Positions 51,802 through 60,110 of a stretch of DNA of 64,000 bases are shown here, in pieces; the first letter of the stretch is position 1, and every line of letters begins with the position of its first letter. Below the pieces are notes generated by a model that ran no database searches, had not been told where the DNA came from, and was given only the letters and a program-made list of their open reading frames with translations. This DNA comes from a virus: IMG/VR virus record IMGVR_UViG_3300035670_000055, positions 32,001 to 96,000 of that record. One strand, 5' to 3'. Made by a program: the position numbers and the translations under genes.

Positions 51802-53566
51802 TTTCTATATTTATTTGTAAAATTATTTTAGCTGGAGATTTTAATTTTTCTTGTTCTTCTTCCCATTGTCTCCATTCATTTTCTAATTGATTTTGTTTCT
51901 CATACATTATATGATATTTTTCTTTCTCATATAATTCTTCTAATTGATTATATATTTCTGGATGTTCCATAATTTTTATTTTATTTTTGTTCATTATTTC
52001 AAACATAATTAATTATTCTGAATGAAATAGCAAACATTTTTAAATTAATATCAATGCTTCTTGTAATTCTTTTTCCATAATTAATCTTCAAAATTTGGAT
52101 AGTTTTCTCCACACGATTTACATTGGTCTCTAAAAGTTGGGTCGTTTGTATAATACCCTTTTAAATGTAAACAACCTCTCATATTTCCTTTTCCATAAAT
52201 ACGATAAGGACAAGGCTTTATGTAGTAAGTAAACCAACTATCTCTGTTTTTATTTCTTTCTTCATCTGGAGTATAACAATACAATGTATCTTTTGGAATT
52301 AAATCTACATTTGTAATTGTTTCTCTTTGCAATTTTAAGAATTTCTTTTTATTCATAGTAAGGGAAAGTTATTTTTTAAATTGTTTATCAATCCATGCTT
52401 GCCATTCTTCAATATCTCTATGTGCAATAACTTCATTATATTTACTAAACATTTTTCTAACCTCTTCCTCACTATACATGTTTTTAATTTGTTCTTGTTG
52501 CCATTTAGCACCAGCTATAAAAGAATCTCTAACTAATTTAGGAGAGCATATTAAATCTGTAGTTTTAGGTGGATAAAATTTTTCAGCAGCTTTTTCAATG
52601 ATTTCTTTATTTTTCATAATTTTTAATTTATATGTATTATTATTTATAATAAATCGGAAAATTTTCGATTATTTATTTAATTTTTAACATTTAATCCATA
52701 TTGTAATAAGAACCAATCAAATGTATTTTCTGCTTTGCTTTTATTAAATTTAAATACTTTTTTTAATAAAGGAATAGCATAACTTCTAAATAATTTGTGT
52801 TGTTTTTCTGTTATTGTTAATTTATTATAATCTTTTATATCAGATAATTTCTCTATACCAATTAAATTTAATTGATATTCTATTAAATGATCTGATATAT
52901 TCATTCTGTTTACAGATATTCCTGATATAGAAATAAATTTATTTAATTTAATCTGTTCCTCGAAATCTTGCTTACTCCAAACTTCTATATATGGATCAGA
53001 AAGAATATATGAGAGCTTAATAATATCAGCTCTCATATAAACTATAAAACACATCTGCCCAATATAATTTTTAAATTTTTGTCCTTTAGATAAAATCATC
53101 TCTCTAAAGTTTGAAATGCTTCTAATGCCCAATCTGGATAATTTCCTTCAAATGGTTCGTAGTTATCAAAAACAGAACCATATCTATTTCCATCACATTG
53201 ATATGTACATCCATGTTTTGCATCATAAAACTTTAAAATTCTAGAATGTGTATCATTGTTATCCCAACACCAAACTAATTGGCCGTCAAAAAATCCTGTT
53301 TTTTTACAAACGTCTAATCGTTGCCAAGAATTAGTATCTGTATGTGCTATCCAAACATTTTTATTTATTTCTGTATTATAATATTTATTATTAACAACAA
53401 CTTCTCCTTCATTTAATAAATTAAATTTTATTACTAAAGAAGAAGATTTATCTTTATAATAAATAGGATATTTAACCTCTTCTTTCTTTAAATCTTGTTT
53501 TTTAAGAATCTCAATTTCTTTTCCTAATTCTAAATATTTCTGTTCTAATTCTTTTAAGTTTTTCAT
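51758..53566 (-). CDS. Five hypothetical genes (51758-52006, 52081-52356, 52369-52617, 52677-53132, 53096-53566)
   Basis: Co-directional small ORFs; 52369 has the common F.AGAKWQQE..YSEEEV pattern. Confidence 0.55.
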
Positions 53567-53605
53567 AATTTTATTTTTTAAAAATCAAATGATAATTGAT
53601 TTGAA

Positions 53606-55909
53606 TTAATGTACCCAGAATTTTCCTATCTCTGGATTAGAGGTCATAATTTTTGGAGTTAAAAATTCGTTTGCTCCTTTTACCATTAATTCTGCTAGTA
53701 AATTTGCATCCTCTTGAGCATTTTTTGGTTGATTAGTAGATTCAATTAATATTTCATCGTGTACAGAGTTTATTAATTTTAAATGTTTATTTTTTTCAAT
53801 AAAATTTTTTCTAATCATAATTAATGCATTTTTTGTTTGATCTGCAGCAGTTCCTTGTATAAGATAATTTGTACTTTTTCTTTGAATTCTTCCTTTTATT
53901 CCAAAAAATCCTCTCCAATATTCTTTTATCTCAGGATATAAAGAATTTAACTCTTCTTTTAATAAAGCTTTTTTTTCTTTAGACATTTTATTTGTAAAAT
54001 ATTCTTCTGGGAAAAAAGATGAAGCTTTTTTTCTAAATTCTTCCATTTCTTCAAAAAGATTAGAAAACCATCTTCTATCTGTAATTGAATTAATTAAAAT
54101 GTAATTATTTTTAAATGTTTTTTTAGCTTGTTCTTCCATTAATAATTGTAACTTAGGATATGCTTTAAAATAATTTTTAATAAATTCTTCTGCATCAATT
54201 AATTCCATTCCAAAATCTTGTGCAAATCCTTTAGCCTCTTTTCCATATAAAATACCAAAATTTACAATTTTAGCTCTATCTCTTTGCTTTTTTATATTAT
54301 TAGTAAACTCTTTATCTCCTTTTTTAGGTAAATAATCAGCACCTGGATGTAATGCTTTATTCATAGCATCTGCTGTAGCCATGTGTAAATCATCTTCATA
54401 AATTTTATGTCCTTTTGTAAATACTTCTAACATAACATTTTCTCCTGATATACAAGCTGCTGTTCTCATTTCTTGATTGCCAAAATCTGAAGATATAACA
54501 GATCCTTTATCTAAAGCAAAAGCATCTCTATAAACTCCTTGAGGTAAATTTTGAATATTAGGATTATTACTAGCCATTCTACCAGAGTTTAAAATTTGTC
54601 TAAAATTACTATGAATTCTTCCTGTAACTGGATGTACATATTTTAACCATTCTAACCCAAAAGTTGTAACTGCTTGTTCACTTCTTTTCATAAGTAAATA
54701 AGCTAATATTAATTTACTATGATCTTCAATATATAATCCATTTTTATCTAATTCAAACCCTATCCATTGTTGATTATTATAAGCATCTTTAAGTTCATTT
54801 GGAATAGATTTTAATAGTGCTACTGCTCCAACAGTCCAATCTAATTTTTTAGTTTGTTTAGAAAATTCTTTAGGACAAATATCTAAATATCTAAATAGCT
54901 CTATTACTTGTTTAGAAGATCCCCATTCTATAATACATCTTCTATGAAAATTAAATAAATTAGGTTCTTCTACAAATTTTGGGTATAATTGTTCTATATA
55001 ACTATTTAATATATTTAGCCTTTCTAAATATTCTTTATGTTTTTTATTTTCAATATCTTTCCAAATTTCTTCTTTAAAAGGCATTCCATTTAACTCCATA
55101 TCAGCATTAACTAAAACCATTTTATTTTCTAATTCAAACAGTTTTGTAGGTTTGTATATTTCTTTGTTTGATAGAATTCTACCTAATTCTTGCCTTTCTG
55201 AAATTAGTAAAGGATATAAAATATCATCAGAACCATATAATATTTGCTTTTCTGTAAAAGGTTTATCATACAAAGTAACAAATTCCATTCTAGTTCCTTT
55301 ATCTATTATTTCTTCATCTGCTACCTCAAAAGGTGTTAATAAGTAATCGTTATTTAATAACATTTCATCATCTAAAGTAGATTTAGCTTCTAAATCAAAA
55401 AGAGAGAAATCATTTACACCCTTAACTCCTAAATACTCCTTAGCCATTCCAGCTAAAGAGTATGAACGAGTTAATCCATTATATAAACACATTTCTTGAA
55501 TCATTATATCTTTTACTTTATAGAAATCTATTCCATAATTAAACTTTAAATGTTTTTGCTCAAATTTTAAATTTTGCCCAATTAAAGTTAAATCTTTATT
55601 ATAATTTAATAAATTAATTAAAGGATTTAATTCTTTTTTAGAAAAACATCTTACGTCAATTACAAATATTTTTTTAAAGTCTCCTAATTGTAACATTACA
55701 ATTTTAGTTAAATAAGGATCTAATCCAGGTCTAAATTGTTTATTTCTTCTAAACTCTTTAAATATCTCTGGACTTTTTGCAGAGGTTTCTATATCTATTC
55801 CAATAATAGTTTTAGTTTTTAAATAATTATAACAATCTTCAACTGTTGCATAATTATTTATTCCTTCCACTTTGTAATTTGAAACAAAATATATTGTTGG
55901 TTTTTCCAT
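53606..55909 (-). CDS. polA: DNA polymerase, family A, with 3'-5' exonuclease
   Basis: Exo DIET, QNLKFE, Y..DD; SGRMAS.NPN.QN; motif A SDFGNQEMR; motif B RAKIVNFGILYG; N..IQGTAAD; motif C VHDE. Confidence 0.95.
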   Translation of the reverse strand: MEKPTIYFVSNYKVEGINNYATVEDCYNYLKTKTIIGIDIETSAKSPEIFKEFRRNKQFRPGLDPYLTKIVMLQLGDFKKIFVIDVRCFSKKELNPLINLLNYNKDLTLIGQNLKFEQKHLKFNYGIDFYKVKDIMIQEMCLYNGLTRSYSLAGMAKEYLGVKGVNDFSLFDLEAKSTLDDEMLLNNDYLLTPFEVADEEIIDKGTRMEFVTLYDKPFTEKQILYGSDDILYPLLISERQELGRILSNKEIYKPTKLFELENKMVLVNADMELNGMPFKEEIWKDIENKKHKEYLERLNILNSYIEQLYPKFVEEPNLFNFHRRCIIEWGSSKQVIELFRYLDICPKEFSKQTKKLDWTVGAVALLKSIPNELKDAYNNQQWIGFELDKNGLYIEDHSKLILAYLLMKRSEQAVTTFGLEWLKYVHPVTGRIHSNFRQILNSGRMASNNPNIQNLPQGVYRDAFALDKGSVISSDFGNQEMRTAACISGENVMLEVFTKGHKIYEDDLHMATADAMNKALHPGADYLPKKGDKEFTNNIKKQRDRAKIVNFGILYGKEAKGFAQDFGMELIDAEEFIKNYFKAYPKLQLLMEEQAKKTFKNNYILINSITDRRWFSNLFEEMEEFRKKASSFFPEEYFTNKMSKEKKALLKEELNSLYPEIKEYWRGFFGIKGRIQRKSTNYLIQGTAADQTKNALIMIRKNFIEKNKHLKLINSVHDEILIESTNQPKNAQEDANLLAELMVKGANEFLTPKIMTSNPEIGKFWVH

Positions 55910-55926
55910 AAATATTATATTTTCTT

Positions 55927-55934
55927 CAAATTTA
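55927..55934 (-). promoter_or_regulatory. -7 promoter box for polA
   Basis: TAAATTTG on the - strand, 17 nt upstream of the ATG. Confidence 0.6.
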
Positions 55935-55979
55935 AGAAAATTTTTGTAATTTTGAAATAATAAATTAATTTATTATTTA

Positions 55980-57573
55980 TTAATATTCATTTAATAATTG
56001 AACAATTGTATCTTTTATATTATATATTTCTTCTAATTCTTCTTTCATTTTATTTGTAATATAATTACAATATAACATAATAGATTTTATTTGTTGTTCG
56101 TTAAATTTTTTATTTTCCTGATATGTAAATGTTGCTGCATCTGGATTAAATGTAACAATTAGTCTTTCTTTAGATTTTCTATCCATAAAAACTAATTCAT
56201 AAGTATCATACACTTCTTCTATTTCTTCAATAGGATTTAACTCTTCATCAACAATGTTGTTAATGTCTAATTTTCTTAAAATTGTTTCTGTTTTCATTTT
56301 TAATATATTTTTTAATTATTTGTTTATATTTTTATTGAAAATTATTATCTATTTATAATAATCATTCCGTATTTTGGATGATATTGAATAGCACATTTAT
56401 ATTCATTAGCCAACTGATAAAATTTCTCAAGAAATTCTTTATGATTTTGATTAGTTATGTTATTATTTAATTCAATTTTTTGTCCTTCTAAACTTGCTTT
56501 TCGTAAGTCTATTTCAATTCCATGCTTTATCCCTCTATCCCAAGTTTCTCTCATCTCTTGTTTAGAATACTTATTGTTTCCAAATAATAAATTTAATGTA
56601 CTATCTTTTTCTTGAAAAGATGTATCATCTTTCATTTCTTCTTTAAAAATATGTTCAACTCTTAAATTCATTTTTGATTTTATTTAATATAATTTGTTTT
56701 GCTTTTTTGTATTCTTCTGTATTTTCTTTAACTTCCATTACAACATCTTTTGGTGTGGTGAAATCCATTTCTATATCAGGATATTCTAACAGTCCTAATA
56801 TATAATCATTCTCTAATTCTTCTAATACCAAATATACATTTGGATCTTCATCTTTAAAATATACAAGTTTCATAATTTTTATTGCTTATTGCGATATGCT
56901 ATATTTTGCATTTAAAAAACGTAATGCTTTTTATTTAATCTTGTAAATCAATAATAACCATCTTATAAACACTGATTTTAGCAATCAAAGGTAATGCTTG
57001 TTGTGCTGTCATTGTTTTAATTTTATTTTCCATATTACTGATGTAACGCTTATATTTTTCAATTAATTCATTATTGTTTTTCATAATTTATTTCTTTACA
57101 AAAATTAAAGGATTACGGAATGTTTTTTCTTCGGCTTCTTGCCATACTTTTTTTATCCCATTTGACTTAAAAGTATCACCCACACTTTCATAACTTATTA
57201 CTCTTTCAAGAGATATAGGGTTTTCCAACCAATAAAACCCTTTTGATTCAATAGCTGATTTGAATGATTTTAAGGCTTCATATAAAACTTCATCATCGTA
57301 TTTAGCCCTATAATCTCTATACATTATACTCTCTTCTAAATTTGAATAGGATTCTTCTACCAACTCACTTGCAATTTCTTCTGTGAGTTCTGAGCCTTTG
57401 CAGATAACCTCAAATTTGTCTAAAGTTGAAGCGTTAAGTTTAATTTCTTCATTTCCTATTTTTAGATACTTGCATTCTTTATTGATAAATTCATAATCTG
57501 CTAATCTTGGAATTTTAACAATAAGCACGTCTTTTTTTAATTTTAGTTCTAATATTTTCATATTTTTATCCAC
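55980..57573 (-). CDS. Hypothetical genes (55980-56297, 56345-56671, 56655-56873, 57088-57573)
   Basis: Co-directional small ORFs with no recognisable catalytic motifs. Confidence 0.55.
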
Positions 57574-57576
57574 TTT

Positions 57577-57819
57577 CTACAAGTGGGAAGTTTTAAGGTT
57601 AAAAAGGACAATATTTTTTTTAGGTATTTTCTCTAATTTAGATTTTAGGCTTTTTAATGAGTGAAATTTACCTTTTATGTTATATCCAATGCTTCCATTA
57701 TTATAAACTTGTTTTATTTCACGATTTGTTTTAGAGTTAAAACATTTATCATCAGAAAACACATAATTTTTAGCAAAATTTAATCTATATTTACATAGAT
57801 ACTTTACTGTTATAATCAT
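57577..57819 (-). CDS. 80-aa basic protein adjacent to the attI-like end of the cassette array
   Basis: MIITVKY...CFNSKTNREIKQV.NNGSIGYNIKGKF.SL..L...LEKIP; starts 35 nt from the first GTT core. Confidence 0.7.
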   Translation of the reverse strand: MIITVKYLCKYRLNFAKNYVFSDDKCFNSKTNREIKQVYNNGSIGYNIKGKFHSLKSLKSKLEKIPKKNIVLFNLKTSHL

Positions 57820-57829
57820 TGTTTTAGCC

Positions 57830-57864
57830 TTTGTGTTGTTTCGTCTATATTTGTGTTGGCAGCA
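57830..57864 (+). other. Putative attI-like site (array boundary)
   Basis: Core GTTGGCAGCA (57855-57864) with no hairpin upstream; 9-nt direct repeat tttgtgttg at 57830-57838 and 57850-57858. Confidence 0.45.
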
Positions 57865-57867
57865 AGT

Positions 57868-58131
57868 TTATTGAACCCACCACTCAACGACTTTACCAGT
57901 AACTCGGTCAACAATACAAGCCTTTGCAACTGTATCATCAACCAATGCTTTATATTCTTGTGCTTCTTTCAATGTTTTGACAGGTTCGGCAATGTTTTCA
58001 ACTTTCTTAAATCCGACTTCTGCAAAGCCTTTAAAAGAAATATTTACGACATAACGAAAACCTGCTGCCAACACCTGCTTTACAATAGCAGGGCTGACAT
58101 CTACATTTTGAGCATTTGTAATTCTATTCAT
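57868..58131 (-). CDS. Cassette 1 gene, hypothetical; starts inside the attC loop
   Basis: 87 aa; stop lies 3 nt from the core site at 57855-57864. Confidence 0.65.
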   Translation of the reverse strand: MNRITNAQNVDVSPAIVKQVLAAGFRYVVNISFKGFAEVGFKKVENIAEPVKTLKEAQEYKALVDDTVAKACIVDRVTGKVVEWWVQ

Positions 58132-58197
58132 CTTCTGTACTTATTTGAAAGTTAGTAATTCTAATCCCTGCCATCGTAAAGCATTATACCGTTGTAG
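58066..58197 (+). repeat. attC-like site 1 (132 nt)
   Basis: TGCCAAC-acc-tgctttacaatagcaggg ... ccctgccatcgtaaagca-ttatacc-GTTGTAG; 18-bp arms with 2 mismatches. Confidence 0.85.
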
Positions 58198-58203
58198 GAA
58201 ATG

Positions 58204-58530
58204 CTACAACTCTACAGCATAGCGTTCTTTTTCTTTTTTATAAAGATTTTTAAAGCTACCATTGGAAATAACTTTATTAAAACTATCCTTTTTTAATAAA
58301 ATTTCAGCATTTAATAAAGCGTTTCCTGCCATTCTTTTAATCTCAAAAACACCACCACTTAAACTTAATTTTATTGATTTTTTTTGATTATTATTTTCTC
58401 CATTTCCAATAAATGCAGTCCACATTGTAATTCCATTTTCTCGATGTTCAACAGTTATAAAATCTGCACTTTCAATATTAGCAGACATTGGAGCATCTAT
58501 TATTTTTAAAACTTTATAATTTATTTTCAT
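58204..58530 (-). CDS. Cassette 2 gene, hypothetical
   Basis: 108 aa, bounded by GTTGTAGGAA (58191-58200) and TTCCTACAAC (58576-58585). Confidence 0.7.
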   Translation of the reverse strand: MKINYKVLKIIDAPMSANIESADFITVEHRENGITMWTAFIGNGENNNQKKSIKLSLSGGVFEIKRMAGNALLNAEILLKKDSFNKVISNGSFKNLYKKEKERYAVEL

Positions 58531-58578
58531 TTTTATAATTTTTAGTTGTTAATATTTTTGTTTCCTTTCCCGCACTTC

Positions 58579-58658
58579 CTACAACACTATATTTGCAAAA
58601 ACGGCTCTGAAAAAACTTTGTGGATATCGCCGTATTCGCAAATACAAAACCGTTATCT
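58579..58658 (+). repeat. attC-like site 2 (80 nt)
   Basis: CTACAAC-acta-tatttgcaaaaacggc ... gccgtattcgcaaata-caaaacc-GTTATCT; 16-bp arms with 2 mismatches. Confidence 0.85.
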
Positions 58659-58695
58659 GTAATAGAGCCAAAGCTTTATTTTTTACTACTATTCG

Positions 58696-59019
58696 TTAAT
58701 AAAGATTATGTTTTTTAAGTATCTTTTTTAACTTTTCGTTTTCTTCATATAGCACATTAAATCTTGTCATTGCACTATCCAAAATTTTTAGTAAAGCATA
58801 ATTATCTATTAAGATTGGTTTATTTGCTAAACCTCTATATTTTACCATATTCAAAATATTTATTGAATTTTTAAATTCTTTTGTTTCGCTTTCATTTCCT
58901 ACGATAACATAACAATCATTTTTTTCTGAAATCTCTTTTATTAATGTTGAAGTTCCAGAACTTCTGTGTCTAATCATAAAATCATAAACACTCTTAATTA
59001 TTTCTTCGTTTTTTGACAT
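58696..59019 (-). CDS. Cassette 3 gene, minimal P-loop-like protein
   Basis: RHRSSGTSTL (Walker A-like), YVIV, PILIDN (Walker B-like). Confidence 0.55.
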   Translation of the reverse strand: MSKNEEIIKSVYDFMIRHRSSGTSTLIKEISEKNDCYVIVGNESETKEFKNSINILNMVKYRGLANKPILIDNYALLKILDSAMTRFNVLYEENEKLKKILKKHNLY

Positions 59020-59089
59020 TATTATATTTTTTATTAATTATTTAAAGTTCGCTTTCAGCTCTCATTTGCCATTGCTAAAAAACTTCTTC

Positions 59090-59170
59090 GCATAACATCG
59101 GTTTGGTTCTATGGCGTGGAAAACACCTTGCGCATACACGCCACAGAAACCAAGCCTTTTAACGTTAAAA
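59090..59170 (+). repeat. attC-like site 3 (81 nt)
   Basis: GCATAAC-atc-ggtttggttctatggcgtg ... cacgccacagaaaccaagcc-ttttaac-GTTAAAA; arms pair with one extra base and 2 mismatches. Confidence 0.85.
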
Positions 59171-59407
59171 ACGTTCATCGTCATCTTTTAATTTATTTGT
59201 TGAAAAGACTACTCTCAAAATAGCCGTAATTAATAAAAAAGGTAAAATAAAAGAAATTGATGCTGTTGGTGAATTGTTACAGCAACCGTCACCATCCCAA
59301 TGCCCGTTTCCTCCGTGTGCAATTGAAATTAAATGCCCTGGAGGACAATTATTTGGATGTTGTTTTGGAGGTCTTGGTATTTCTGAATTTATAAATATAT
59401 CACTCAT
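59165..59407 (-). CDS. Small Pro/Gly/Cys-rich protein with C-terminal TM helix
   Basis: 80 aa; the TAA stop lies inside the core site of attC-like site 3. Confidence 0.6.
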   Translation of the reverse strand: MSDIFINSEIPRPPKQHPNNCPPGHLISIAHGGNGHWDGDGCCNNSPTASISFILPFLLITAILRVVFSTNKLKDDDERF

Positions 59408-59435
59408 TGTTTTTAATTTTTTTATTTGTTATTAG

Positions 59436-59573
59436 TTCCTGTGACAGGATTCGAACCTGTATGTTATCTTCAACTTTTTTGTTGTCTAATAGTTTGACAA
59501 TCTGATTTGTATAAGACTTGCAAATCTAATACTCATTTGATAACCATGTGTCTACCAATTCCACCACACAGGA
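59436..59573 (-). ncRNA. tRNA-like RNA (Leu-type D arm) with a 70-nt insertion replacing the anticodon loop
   Basis: Acceptor TCCTGTG/CACAGGA+A; D arm TGGTGGAATTGGTAGACAC; T arm ACAGG-TTCGAAT-CCTGT; stem GTTATC/GATAAC enclosing 59469-59538; no encoded CCA. Confidence 0.75.
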
Positions 59574-59610
59574 AAATAAAAAAGGCTGTTTAAATTAATA
59601 AACAGCTTTT
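59574..59610 (-). terminator. Intrinsic terminator abutting the 5' end of the tRNA-like RNA
   Basis: aaaggctgttta-aattaa-taaacagctttt with a U-tract on the - strand. Confidence 0.65.
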
Positions 59611-59623
59611 ATAAATTTTAAAA

Positions 59624-60061
59624 TTATAATAATTGCTGTTTTTTATAAGCAATCATTTCTAATTTTTCTTCATACAATTCAATTTGTTTTTTTGTATGAT
59701 ACTTTTGAGCTTGAATTTCTTCTTCTTTTTGTTTTCTAGCTCTAATTCCTTTATTAAATTGTTCATCTAATTGAAAAACATAAGATTCTCTTAGTTCTAC
59801 TGTAGCAATTTTATCTACATTAATTTCAATAAAAGCTTGTTCTTCTTGTTCTTTAATTTCTTCAAGTTTTTCTTTTGAAATTTCCAGATAATCTTCTAGA
59901 TCTCTTTTTAATTTTTCAATTTGTGCATTACATTTTCTTTCTTCATCTTTATAATATCTTTCCATACGTTTTTTCATTGAAGAAACTTTTGCTTCTTCTG
60001 TAACGTTTAAAAATGATAATACTCTTTCTACCCATGACTCTTTTTTAGCTTGTGTGCTCAT
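59624..60061 (-). CDS. Coiled-coil hypothetical protein
   Basis: 145 aa, E/K-rich heptads. Confidence 0.65.
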   Translation of the reverse strand: MSTQAKKESWVERVLSFLNVTEEAKVSSMKKRMERYYKDEERKCNAQIEKLKRDLEDYLEISKEKLEEIKEQEEQAFIEINVDKIATVELRESYVFQLDEQFNKGIRARKQKEEEIQAQKYHTKKQIELYEEKLEMIAYKKQQLL

Positions 60062-60110
60062 AATAAATAAATGTTTAATAATTAATAATTTTTTAAATTT
60101 TTTTTGTTTG

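Noticed and set aside
57853-58155. + strand 100-aa ORF across cassette 1
   Set aside because: Antisense shadow of 57868-58131 with a GTG start at the core site and no support; all neighbouring genes are on the - strand.
57855-59170. CRISPR array, REP elements or plain terminators as the explanation for the hairpins
   Set aside because: The units are not identical repeats, the intervals are gene-sized, there are no consistent U-tracts, and the cross-cassette core complementarity is not explained by these.
59469-59538. Group I intron or tmRNA
   Set aside because: 70 nt is too short for a group I core, and neither the size nor the termini fit tmRNA.
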